Assembly: GCF_009914755.1 (NCBI RefSeq)
Contig: NC_060934.1
DNA: 64,000 bases
Reading direction: 5' to 3' (one strand)
Source: the human T2T-CHM13v2.0 reference genome, Homo sapiens
The position numbers and the translations under genes are program-made. Of this stretch, positions 26,840-40,167 are shown piece by piece. The notes beneath the pieces are model-generated. The model was not told the DNA's origin. It was given only the letters and a program-made list of their open reading frames with translations, and ran no database searches. The stretch's first letter is position 1; every line of letters starts with the position of its first letter.

Positions 26840-27262
26840 ATATCAGAGATTGCTTTTTGCTCACAAAAATCCACATTTTCTCCTGCTTTTGGGGTACCAA
26901 GCTAGACTTCATTTCATTCTCCTTTGCAGTTAGGAGAGGTCACATGAGTGTGTCACACTCGTGAAAGATATGGCCACATGTGTGTATTTTAGCCAATGAA
27001 GTGTTCGTGGAAGGGATGCGTGGCAGTTCATGACCAAGGCTTTTGAGAAATGGCTGTGCCTCTTCCACATTCTTTCCCTTTCCACTGGCCTGATGCAAAT
27101 GAGAGGACTCAATAGGAGAAGGCAGAGCCACAAAAATTACACCTGGAGGAAATTGCCTGTATTGGCCTTTTGAGTAAGAAAGATGTAAACTTCTATTGTG
27201 TTGGGCCACTGAAATTTTGGGACTTATTTGTTACAGCAGCTTGTATAATCCTTGTTAATGCA
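26840..27262. mobile_element. MLT1 (F/G/H-like) LTR
   Basis: taaacttctattgtgttgggccactgaaattttgggacttatttgttacagcagc...taatgca terminus. Confidence 0.65.
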
Positions 27263-28379
27263 GTAACAGGATAGTTATAAGATGGCTCATTATAAAAATT
27301 ATGACAGATTATCAAGGCATATTCCAAAAAATATTATCATTTGGCAATGATAATACATGTCATTCAGAAGCTGAAGTTTCTCATTGTCACCTTGCGGGAA
27401 TATATAGACAAAGATTATTATTGCCATTCAAAATATGAACACTGGATCTCACATAAGTCATGTGACCTGCCAAAATTTGCAAACCTGAACTACAGAGGAG
27501 CTAGTACCAGCATCTAGGTATTCTGTTTCTTAGTTCTATCCACCCACCCCATTATACTACCTCCATGATATTTATGTCTAAAATTATTATAGTTGTTTGT
27601 TTCTAAATTTTGTCTGCTTGCTTTCCTTGCCTGTCTTCCACCAGCAGATTATAGTGTCTGTGACCTAAGACTTTGCTATGTGCCAGGCAATAGCCTTGCA
27701 TATCCTCACACAGGGATACACTGCCGTATCCCTAGCTACCAGGATATTGCCCAGCACATCGTAGACTCTCAGTAAATAGTTGTGTCATGTAAGAAAGCAT
27801 GAGTCCATGACCAGAAAATAACTTTTCAAGTCAGGCATTTTGTAATGCAAATTAAACATGGGTCTTATGCATTTTTGTGAAAGAAGGAGGGAAGGAAGGA
27901 ATAAAAGAAGGATGCATTATATATGTGGAATATATGCTCTTGAGGGGGTTGGAAGAAGAGGAAGGCAGAGGATGAAGGCATTGAGGTGGGGAGGGACAAA
28001 TAATTTCCCATTCTTAACTAATTTTTTAAACAACTGATTGCTGTTTGCAGAAGATGCGTTGGCCTAAAATGATCATAATCTTTTGTTAGCTTATAATGCT
28101 TAAATAGGTCACTTAAATAGGACTCTTCTAATAGAAGAGAAGCCCATTATACAGATTAATAAAAATTGATAGAGACTTGAAAACTGCTCATGGGGTCAGT
28201 TATCTCCAATTAAAAGTTCATATGCCAAGAAAAACAAGCCTCTTCCTCCTAAATTATTACTGTGAAAATTTTCAAGCCTACAGAAAAGTTGGAAAAATAG
28301 TACATTAAACATACATATATTCTCTACCTCAGTTCACTGTTAATATTGGGCCATATTTGCCATTTCCCTATATCTCTGA

Positions 28380-28747
<368 letters not shown>

Positions 28748-29020
28748 TAAATTACAGACACCATCACACTTCATCCCTCAATACTTCGGCATGGGTCTCC
28801 TATACATAAGGGCATTTTCCTGTGAAACAATAATACCATTATCATACCTAAGAAAATTAATGTTAATTCACCATTGTTACCTAATATGTGCAGTCCATAG
28901 TAACATTTCCCCAATTTTCCCAATGGTGTCTCTTGTAACTCTTTTTGTTTTAATCCAGTATTTAATCAAAGTTTATACTTTGCATTTGATGGTTAAGGCT
29001 TTTAAGTCTTTTCCAATCTA

Positions 29021-29152
29021 GGGTGATGGTTCTCAAGGGTGGGCCCCAGACCAGCAGTGTCACATCACTGGGGTCTCCGGGGGTCGATCCAGCAATCTTT
29101 GTTGAAAGAAGCTCTCCAGGTGATTCTGATGAAACTGAAGAGCGATTGATCT
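29021..29152. mobile_element. MER5A fragment (hAT-Charlie)
   Basis: gatggttctcaagggtgggccccagaccagcag..ctccaggtgattctgatg. Confidence 0.65.
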
Positions 29153-30054
29153 AGAGCATGTTCCCACCTTTCCTACTTTTCATGACATTTCATTTTTATC
29201 AAAAGCCCAGGTCAATTTCATTTTAGAATGTCCCACATTCTGAATTTTTCTGAACATTCCCTCATGGTTTGATTCAAGTTTAACATTTTGGCAAGCATAG
29301 GTGATATTGGCATATTTACTGCATCATGTTATGAGGCACGTGTTATTTAATGATCCCTTTTCCCCTTCTTAGTGATGCTAAGATTGATCATTTGGCTAAC
29401 GTGGTTACCGCCAGATGGATCCCCTCTAAAGGCTATGTTCCCCTTTATAATTAATAAGTGACCTAAAGACTGTGTGAATATTTTCTTCCCCAATAAACTT
29501 TCACCCAATAGTTGTAACAGCCATTGATAATACTTGCCTGAATTACTATGTTGGTGCATGGTAATTTTTCTAATTTTGTCACTCCTTCTATATTAATTAG
29601 CTGTCATTCTTTAAATAAGAGCTTTCTTTCTTCCCTTGCATTTATTTGTATTTATATTTGCTTAAATATTATGATGGACTCATACTTATTAAAAAATCAA
29701 ATGTATCAAATAATTACTATCATCATTATTTCCGATATTCAAATAGTGCCAAATTTGTTCACGAGAGAGCTTCTTCAAACTTCTTTCTGTGCTCTTTCCC
29801 TGCTTTCTGGCACAACAAAATGTTCTAGGCTTACTGTGTACATTCCCTGCCCCACAACATGAATCAGCCATTTCTTCCAGTAGCCCTTGTTATTTTGGAA
29901 ACCAGTATGTGGATGCTAGATGCCCTACACACGTGCATGACTTGAGCACATGTGTGCACACACACAGTCATATGTGTATATTTTAATCATAATTTCTTAC
30001 AGATCCCTCCAATTCAAATTTGCAGAGCTATTGTCACCTTCTTCTTATGCTTAT

Positions 30055-30455
30055 CCTTTCTCTCTGTAGGTCAGAAGTCTGACCTTGGTCTTCATTGAGC
30101 TAAAATTCAGGTGCCAATGGGGTTGTACTTCTTTCTGGAGGCCCAAAGGAAAATTTTGTTTTCTTGCCTTTTCCAGCTTCTAAAGGCCATACATATTCCT
30201 TGCTCCTGGCCCCTTCCTCCATTTTCAGAGCCAGTGACACTGCACCGCTCTGACGGCTTTTCCATCGTCACATCTGCCTCTCTGATGACAGTCTTAAAAG
30301 CTTCTTTTTTTTAAAGGAGTGATGTGATTAGATTGAGCCCACCCAGATAGTCCAGGATAATACCCCCATCTGCAAAGCCTCTCTTGCCATGTCACATAAC
30401 GTATTCACAGGTTCCAGGGATTCAAGTGTGGACATCTTGAGTTATTCTGCCTACC
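30055..30455. mobile_element. MLT1 (C/D-like) LTR fragment
   Basis: gtaggtcagaagtctgac..cttgccttttccagcttctaaaggcc..gattagattgagcccacccagata..tattctgcctacc. Confidence 0.75.
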
Positions 30456-31090
30456 TACCTCATCTTCCCTCATTCTTAGTTTTATTTCTCTTCTCTCTGA
30501 AAATCCTGACTTTTAACAACCTCAGTATATTTACACATTTTCTCTGTTCTACAATATACACAAAATAATTTGAGAAGGATAATAGCAATAACACCAACAA
30601 CAATAAGCCTACTAAGTTAAAGCTCAAGATTTCTTTGTAGTTTTCTGTTACTTAGAATATATTCAGGCATGTAGTTGAAGTACTGTGTTCCAAAATTACT
30701 TTAATTAATTTCTTTGTATAGTTGTACTATAGATTTAATATACAATTAGGTTCATTTTTTTCTGTTTGTATTCAGACTTAGGGTTCACATTTTCCATCCT
30801 TTCCAATTTATTTTATATTTTGAGTGTGTAAACTATATGATGATAAAGAGACATATTCAGAGAAGTCCCTGTCCCATCCATATCCCCTTTACCCTATTTC
30901 TACCCACCAGCTACACATTGTCATTCTTAGTCTCTGGTTTATCCTTCCCACATTCTTTTTGGAAAGCATAGATGGACATGTGTATATGGGTTTTTTTTTA
31001 ACCTTGTTTTTACTTCTTTCTTACCAAAAAGTAGCTGAGTTTATTGATTTTATTTTTGCTTGTTGCATTTTTACTTAACAGGATATCTTG

Positions 31091-31226
31091 CATATATATG
31101 TATATATATATGTATATACATATTTATATACAGTTATATATGTGTATATATATGTATATACATATTTATATACAGTTATATATATGTATATATATATACA
31201 CACACACACACACACATATACAGTAT
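31091..31226 (+). repeat. (TA)n/(CA)n low-complexity tract containing a ~40-bp tandem duplication
   Basis: tatatatgtatatacatatttatatacagttatatat occurs twice in tandem. Confidence 0.9.
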
Positions 31227-32625
31227 ATCCTGGGAATCACTCTATATTAGGTAGTCATGGAAACCTTGAAAGGAGTAATTATTAAATTCTTAAATACGTC
31301 TTCTGGATTGTTTAACTTGTTACAACTCTGTATAATATTTGTGACTTAACACAACTATAAAAAGGCAGGCATTGAAAGAAAATGTCTTGTATGCCTTCTG
31401 CCCACCTCTTCCCTCCCTGAGGCAGAGCTAATTTTTTTCCTGTGTTTGCATAACATTTTGTATATTAAAGTATTATAGCAACTTTTATTATAGTTATTTT
31501 TATTTGACAAACCATCTCCCTTTCTGGCCTGCTAGTTCCACAAATGTACAAAGAATTTCTCTCTTTCCTTTTCTTTTTTCTTTCTTTTTAGAGGTGGGAG
31601 TGAGTAGCAATGATTATGCCTGGCATATGGTGTTTCTCCATTTACTTATTTTGCCTGAAATTCCATTAGAGATTTAGTCAGTTGGTCTATTTTTATAATA
31701 GCGTCTATTTTAAAAAAGGTATAACATCCTAATATGTATTAACTTATCAGAGACTAGCCACTTCTTAGAAAAGCTATGAAAGGTCAGATGAGAAAAAAGG
31801 ACAGTGGTGTTTGGATTCTGTCTCTGATAGAAACCCCAAGGAAGGCAAGGAAGAGTACAAGGGTTGTAGATACTCTAGGAAGAAGAGAGGATGAATCAAG
31901 GAAAGGAAAAGAGGAGACAGAAAGAGAAGGTCTGTATCATGATGTCCACTATGTGAGGTACTCACAGCACAGGAAATCTGCCTAGATGATAATAGGAGTG
32001 ATGTTCATTAGGAAAGAAATAGCCCCAAGGAGTTTTTTCTTTACATGCTAAGAAGCTGAGGCCCAGAGAGATGGAACAGGTTTCCCAGGGCAATAGCACT
32101 AGGAACTGGAACTGCAAACTTTTGAGTCCACCATATCCACCCTGAGTTGAGGTGATCTTTCTTATGATCCTGAGAGGGAACCTTTGAAATCAAGCAGGCA
32201 CCCCTACTTCCCCAGGGGTGGGCAGAGGGCCTGAGCAATCCCTCCTTTTAGAGCACTTTGCAGCTGGGCCACTCATCTCAAGATTGGAATGTGCCATCTC
32301 CATCTTTCCTGACCTCCTTCAGTCAAGTCAGCTGTATTTGTGGAGGTGCATTGTTCAGTCTCAGAGCATTGTTTAAATTTAAAATCAATAGAGAAAAGTG
32401 TGCCAGCGAGAGGCACAGACTGATTAAGTGCTGTCTATATGAAGAGGTTTATCCTCTGCCACATTTCTGTTGAAAGCCTGAGAAACATGAATAGGATGGA
32501 GCAAAGTGAAAACACATTAAAAATTATGTCAGATGCCCAAATGCAGTAAAGCAACTGCATCTCTGACAGGTAATCAAGAATTGGGTGACTCTGAGTTCTG
32601 ATTTGGCGTAATGATATCAACATGT

Positions 32626-32870
32626 TCACACACACACACACACACATTCCTTGTATACACATAACACACATACAAGATACACACACGAAGTAGACACACA
32701 ACATGTAGTATGTGTATTGTATAACACAACTTACATAAAGACACACAGAAGACACACACAACACACATACAAACACCTACATGCCCATATTCAACACACA
32801 TGCACAAAAACATGCAACACACATTAGTGCCTGCACACATGTGCACATGTGCACACATTGAGCAACACAA
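32626..32870 (+). repeat. Degenerate (CA)n-rich tract
   Basis: Directly visible. Confidence 0.9.
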
Positions 32871-33858
32871 TAAAGATGTAACTTTTCCATCTCCCAATTC
32901 ATTCTACATTTTTATTTTGATGAAAAGATAGCAGTAGAGGGGGAAATCTCTTCATCAGAAAATACAGTGAAAAAATTCCCAAGACATTGTCATGTATTAC
33001 TGGTTATTTTTGGTGGTGAAGAGAATTATTTGAAAACAAAGAAGCCTTTCACAAAGCCTCTAAAATACAAAAGATTTAATAACATTTACATCTGTGTATC
33101 AGCCATGTCTGTAATGCGAGTCATGAATAACACATAAACCAGAGCACGGAAAGAACAGAAGTGCTCACACATCATTTAAAATCCAACCCACCCCATCGTC
33201 GGTGGAATCAAATACACAGCAGGGGCAGTTCCAGTTGCTACACACACAATAGAGTCATTGGAAATGAAAACATATTAATTATGTTCCTTAAGGTTAGGAG
33301 AGAAATAGCAGGATTCACTAAACCTTTCTAACTTCTCTGTTGAAAATTTGTACCAAAGAGTACATCCTGGGTTGCCTCTTTATTTTTCCTAAGAAACTGC
33401 AGAATGAGCATGTGTATTTGTTCTGTTTTACTGTTTATTCGAGTCTGCACTTGGGGCTCAGACTTGCCTCATTGTTGTACTGAAAATGGAAGAAAGTTGG
33501 CTTGGGAAGATGGATCTTTGTTACGAGTGAATAACTTGCAGAAAAATTACTTGTTTTAAATGCTTGACAATACCTGCACAAGTCCCAGTGGTATATGTGG
33601 AAATTCTTGCTGCTATGAAATGAGTCATATAGTATCCAGTCCTAGCACCCATGGAGCAACATGTTTGACCATGAAGGAAATCATTCTTTAGTCTGATTTG
33701 GATAACTGTCCGTGGCCCAAATTTGGAATTGTATGTTCCTAGGTCCATTCATTTGGCTCCTATGTATATCCAGGGTATCCAGGGATCTTCTAGGCTGGTG
33801 AGAGATCATCAAACTCTGCTAGGAGGCAACCTCTAGTGCCCTAATAGAGAAGGGTGAA

Positions 33859-34143
<285 letters not shown>

Positions 34144-34644
34144 GAGAAGGATAAGTTCAGGGAAAATTGAACTGATGATTTTTGGGTGAGTTCATATTTA
34201 TTCTTTAAGTCAGTATTGTGTTTTTGTTTCCAGGGGTAAGAAGATGTTCACATAATGCTAATGTTAGATTAGCACATTTTGTTTGCAGGCTTTTGTTTTG
34301 GCATTTATTTCTCCTTCTTCCTCTGCTCACTATTTCCCCTTCTACTGCTAGGCTTCCTTCTGATGGTGTCAGAACACGGCATGCCAGTCCAGAGTAGTTT
34401 AAAACGAGCTCTGTAAATGTCATGGAACCCCTGCCTCTGCCTCCCCTATGTGTCTCATTTCAGTGTAAAATTTCAAGCGCTTCCCTGTCCTTACGCTGCA
34501 AAAGGTTAATAGTCATCTTTTTTTTATGTACCATAAATGCTCAATTCCTAAGGATAGTGTTTCAGGGCAAGTTGAGTGTAATTGCTAAATAATATAGTAA
34601 TTCTCTTTTTAAATGAGTCATACTTGCGTTGTTCCAGATGCTCC

Positions 34645-34716
34645 TGCATGCATGTGTGTGCATGTATACATGCATGCATGTAGGTGTGTGCACGTGTGTG
34701 TGTGTGTGTGTGTGTA
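34645..34716 (+). repeat. Alternating purine-pyrimidine (CATG/TG)n tract
   Basis: tgcatgcatgtgtgtgcatgtatacatgcatgcatgta..(TG)n. Confidence 0.9.
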
Positions 34717-35951
34717 GGCAGGCATGAGTGAGGCCTCCCCTTGGGGGAAGTCACAGCCATCTCACAGGAGTTTGCACATTTTCACATTTGGGTTTTAAAT
34801 GTTGTGCCACATCCTGGGCTTTTAGGTGCTGCGGATTATGTATAATAGATGACCTGCATTTACAGAGATGTGTGCTATACAGATGTAAATGTTATTATAG
34901 CTTTTATATTTTATGTTCTTGTTGAAAGATCATTTTGTCTTTGAATAATATGGCCGCTCAATTTTTTTTGGAGGGGAGGGGGTTATCTTTAAAAGAGAAT
35001 ATGAAATGGATATTGCACATCATATATTTCTTAAAAGTAATTTGGAATTTTAGGGTCTGGGATTGGGGCTGACTGATACACTGCCGTGATGAGATATAAC
35101 CCCTGGAAAATAACAGCACCCGCACATGCCTGCATCTGTCTAACCTCATAATTCACTTTCACATTGGATTATGGATGTCTGCGTTCAGTGAGTCTATCTT
35201 CCCTTTAGGTATTATTTCAGCCCTTTGAGATAATAAGGAAAGTTTAATTGCGTTGTTAATTGATTTTTTGCACAACATTATTACCTTGATTGATTGCAGA
35301 GTTGATGAAAATGTTAGACACAGGCAGCGTGGAGTATCAGCCAGGCAAGGAGTGGGAGCCTTGTGGAGAATAGATAACCTTGATGTTAAGAGCTATATCC
35401 TTCAGATATGTCTTCCCTTGACATATTGATGGCCCCTGAAAAGGGAAAAGCTGATTGTATGCAGAATGCAATCATTAAACCCACTTCAGCTCACTGTTGA
35501 TTAATTTGTTTTTTCCTGAAGGATCTAGTTATAGGGAAGGCCTCACTTGTACCAACCACAGCCATTTTCCAGGTTCCAGACTGTGCTTAACCCTCTAGGT
35601 GAAGGGAAGTGAGGAGGCTGGCTTGCCTGAGACGGGAAGATTATCTTAGGGTGCGCAGGGTGTGTGCTTAAGGCTCACAAGGTGTCTCCATGCTCGGGAA
35701 CACTCTATGTCCTTCACCATAGTGCTGATTTTCCTTAAATTATTGATTCTTTAAAATGCCAATAGCAAGGAACCCTTCACTGAGACCTGGTGTAGGATGA
35801 AACTGTCACTTGGAGATTCTCAGGAAGGTGTTCACCAGTCCAGTGGTGTCGGGAGAGACATGGCACTCAGGAGCTTTTATTATACATTAGGTAAAACCCT
35901 GCATGAGATTGCCCCCATGATTGGAGAATTTAGTTGTTATTGGGGTGTGCC

Positions 35952-35982
<31 letters not shown>

Positions 35983-37326
35983 AGTGATGATAAGAAGGGA
36001 TTTCTGCAGACAGTTTCTTATGTTGTCAATTACTCCTCTCCCTGGCCTTATATGACACTTTCTTAGAAAAGTTTATTGAAAGCCATCATCATTTTTTCTG
36101 AGTCCAGGGCCATCTTCATGGTAGCAAAAATCAGGTTGATTGATCAGTTGGTTTACTGATTGATTAATAGGACTTCTGTCCTGTTTCCCTCCCCTCAACT
36201 CACACCACTTCATTCGCAACTGCCCAACCCTGCACAGAGACTCAGTGGGCTGAATTTATGGGCAAAGAAGTTGCCCCTCTGGAAGAATGCAAGCTCTTAT
36301 ACATGCAGTACTCCTAGAGAGCCTCATCTTCTAGGGAGAACGGATTGCTACTTCTGCCACCCCCTCGCCAGCTTCCATGCTTATTACTCATGGAACATTC
36401 TGGCTTATTTTGCCCTCTTCTTTCCTTTGTGGCTGTGCCCAATGTTCATTCAAATAAAATTTCAATTGTATAGCATTGCTGGAGGCCTACCAATAGTTAC
36501 ATCAGCTTCCTGGAGTCCTGAGCCCCCCCCAGGAGAGGTCATGTGGGCTTCTCCCTGCACCACAGAGCACCCTGTAGACGGAATTCTCTGTGTGATGCTA
36601 AGCACAGTTTCTCCTCAGGCTGCCCCACCGCCTGCATTATGAGTCTTTCTTCTCCTGAACTCACCACTGGTGCTCAGGGAGTCTAATATCCATAGAGTCT
36701 TGGCCCTCAATTACCGTAATGGCTTATAATGAGATTTTGGCCAAGTAGCAGGTAGCAGGTTATTACTTCCTGCTCAGCGTGGGCAATGTCTACGCTGTTA
36801 ATTTGTGTTGCCGAATGTGGCTTAGAGCTGGGCATCAAACTGTCGGAGCCAGATGTATTCTATTAGGTGCGAGGCTCACATTGGCCCATGGGCAATTTTT
36901 TCCCCCCAATATGGAAGCATGTTAACTTACCACAGGGTGAATCCTGACAAATTCAAGCCAGCCAAATAAAAGGGGTAATATCCCAAGCCATCAAAGTAGT
37001 ACATTCTAGGGACAGATAACACCTGGTACCACCCACTGTCAGCAGTGTCTGTCTGACTGGGGCATTCTATTGATAGGCAAAAAACACACCCATCTTAATA
37101 TTGCTGGAGAGGCTCTGGTGCCTTCATTAAGTTTTAATGAGCCTGACCCTAATGAAAGCCCTTATAACATGCTCTTCTACTATTTTCCTTGTCTTTATCT
37201 TGGGTAGAAAAAAATGTACAGAGGTTCATATAACTCTTATAACCTGCTTTCTACTATTAATTCTTCCTTAACCTACAGTTTCTTGCATTAACATATACAT
37301 ACACATATACATTTACATATATACAT

Positions 37327-37327
<1 letters not shown>

Positions 37328-37367
<40 letters not shown>
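37328..37367 (+). repeat. (CA)20 microsatellite
   Basis: Pure dinucleotide run. Confidence 0.95.
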
Positions 37368-37368
<1 letters not shown>

Positions 37369-38485
37369 CTTTTTCCCAAAGCAGGTTAGAGGATGGGAAG
37401 TTGAAGATCAGGAAATTATGAACATATTTTACCATTTGGCACTGGGATGAGCTAGTGTCCAAGAATTATGCTGTGCTTTCTGCAACAACAGACTGGGTCA
37501 TTTTTTGTAAAGCAAACTTCTTTCGGTTAGATTATATATCATCAGATTCCCTTTGTTTTCTTTTCAGAGAAAGCAATTTAGGGTGTGCTGGAATTAGGAA
37601 AGATTATGGTGATATCAGTACAGGAAGAGTTTGTTTGGATTCTAATGAAGAGCAGGTGGAGGCTGGACCAATGGGCCCAAGTAAGGAAGGCCTTTTCCCC
37701 AATCCTTGCAGGGTTTGAATTATGACAAACCCAGTTGTTACAGGGTCTGCTTAATTTTATTTGAAAGGTTTCTTTTTTTTTGTTTTTTATTTTGTTTTTT
37801 TTTTTGTAGCTTGAAGAATTAGGAAAACAAGAAAGCAAATTGTCTTTATTTTCAGTGACTCTCTTGAGAAATTTCAGCCTGCAGAACCAGACAGAACTGT
37901 GGATGTTCCCTGCTTTTGATGTAAGCTCTCTAATAGGAACAGATCTGAAGCCCAAAAGCAAATTTCTGCTTGAGAGCAAAGCCAAAATTCCCATTCAGAC
38001 TCTGCAGGAGGACCCCCACTGCTCAGATTTCTTCATACAAGATTCTGTCAGTTTTGGGGAAGTCCAAAGTCTTTCTGTGAAATTTTTCCTGCAAGTTATT
38101 TTTTGATTATACTCCATAAATGATGGTTCAGATCTATTCTACATATCCAAAGAAACTGTTTTCTTCTTTTTTCCTGTTAATGTAATTGCACATTACTAAA
38201 ATTTGAATGTTTATGGTTTTTGTTTTAGATAAAGAGCTGGAACAACCTTTTATTATTATTATTATTATTATTATTGTTATTATTTAGGTATCATTAGCTT
38301 TCAGACTGCTATTGGGGATAAAATAAAACCTCCATTTACCAAAACTCAAGACACTAGAACCCTCAGTTAACCAGATTTTTGGATCTCTGATTTTAGACAG
38401 TCTTGATTTTACAAGAGTAAAAAGCAATGTCACGAGTTTTACTTTTTAAAAAGAAATAAGGGCCCCTCTGTAGGTTGTCCTAAAA

Positions 38486-38666
38486 CAGTGTTTCTTAAAG
38501 TTGGTCCCTCAGCATCGGCATCACCTGGGAACTTGCAAAAATGCATACTCTTGGCCCCAACTCAGATCCATGGAATCAGAAACTCTGGGGAACGGGGCTT
38601 GGCAAGCTGTGTTTTAACAGGCCTTCTCAGTGATTCTGATGCATGGGCAAGTCATAGAACCACTGT
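38486..38666. mobile_element. MER5A (hAT-Charlie MITE)
   Basis: cagtgtttcttaaagt...gcatcacctgggaacttg..gaatcagaaactctgggg...agaaccactg, with terminal inverted repeats. Confidence 0.85.
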
Positions 38667-40148
38667 CCCAGGGCCAACCCATACATTTCTACCTATAACT
38701 GTCCAGGGATGTATAATAAATGCTGGGGTTCAGAATAAGTATGCTGAGATCTTTTCATCTATTCCACAATTTAAAAACAATGTACTGCATACCTACTGTG
38801 CCCTTGGCTTTATGATGCATGGGCGAAAGTCTATTGTTTTCGATTTTTTGGAGCTCATATGAGCAGGAGATCCTAAGATCTTGAGAAATGTTCAATCTGC
38901 AGTCTTCCCACCCCAGCTAATCTCCTAACTGTACTATCCTCACTAAAGGCACTCCAGAAATACTCAGTTGTGGTCACTATGATTACCTAGTAAGACAGTG
39001 AAACTGACTTTGCTTTTAGTGTCTTATGTGTGAAAATTCAAAAAGGTTTCTAGCTAACCATGAGTTAATGAGATAATTTAATTAACAAGGACCCAACATT
39101 CTCCGAGTGGCTAGTTAGTCACATGACTGTTATATTAGGAAAGCTAAGAAGATGTGTGAGGGCCATTTTATACTTGCCTCACTGACCACTTGAGAGGCCT
39201 CTCGGCTGAAATGGAGAATAACACCTGGACCCAGCTCTGGTTTCCCCTGCCTAGAAGGCCAGTAACTCCAATTTGTGTTTACTCCTTCCCTGATTGAATC
39301 CACTCATGTATTTTTATCCTATAAAATTCTAATTTAAAATGCCATTCCCTAGAATGTTATACCTTTATTGCTGTTTGTTTGTTTGTTTGTTTTTTAATAA
39401 TGATATGTTTGAAATATCTAGAAGCCCACAAATACCTCTTTCTCCTAAAGGGAGGTGATCATCTGTTGTTCCAGGTATGAAAATAGTTACTTGACCCATG
39501 TACCAGAGACCAATGATGGGGATCAGATGAGGATCAAACAGCAGCTGGAATTATTGTCATATTTTTATCTGAGTAGCTTCTGCCTCTCTTTTTTGATGAC
39601 ACTGAGACCAGGTACCCTGAGAGGGAAGACAATGCTAGGTAGATTTGTGGGGAGGGGGAGCATTAAAAGAGGATAACTTTGTGTGTATTGATCCATTTTT
39701 CATTTTTATTTATTTTTACGTTTTTTACTTTTTTGACTGTCAAATGATGGCATATCTTTTTGAACTTTCATGGTAAAAATGATGTTTTCCACCTAAGAAA
39801 TGCAGGAAATCTTTAGTATTTTGAATGCTTCTTTACATTTGTGGAGGTGATATGCAAAAATCCCCAATCTCTGAGCCTGGAAGATTAATTAGAACAATTG
39901 ATGGTAAAGAAATTCAGTCCCTGAAATTGAGGCAAGAAGAACCCCAAAATGGGGGGCAAGGAGTGTCTGATAGCCCCATTCCTGAAAACCTTCAGCACAG
40001 ATTGACCAAACATGACATACTGATCATTAAGGAACCTATAATTGGTGACCAAAAGCACAGTGTGGCTATAATGGCTCTCCCTGAATAGTTGCCGCCATTT
40101 ATTTATTTATTTATTTATTTTAAGCAAGCGGCTGCTTTCCTAACTTCA

Positions 40149-40167
40149 TGCTGCCCTCTAGTGGTGA
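40149..40167 (-). promoter_or_regulatory. CTCF binding motif
   Basis: Minus strand TCACCACTAGAGGGCAGCA is a near-consensus CTCF core (CCAC[C/T]AG[A/G][G/T]GGC) in unique sequence. Confidence 0.75.

Noticed and set aside
31044-31285. Three overlapping Tyr/Ile-rich ORFs
   Set aside because: Artefact of (TA)n/(CA)n low-complexity sequence.
36160-36642. 160-aa ORF in unique sequence
   Set aside because: TTG start, no recognisable domain and no splice or promoter support; compatible with chance.
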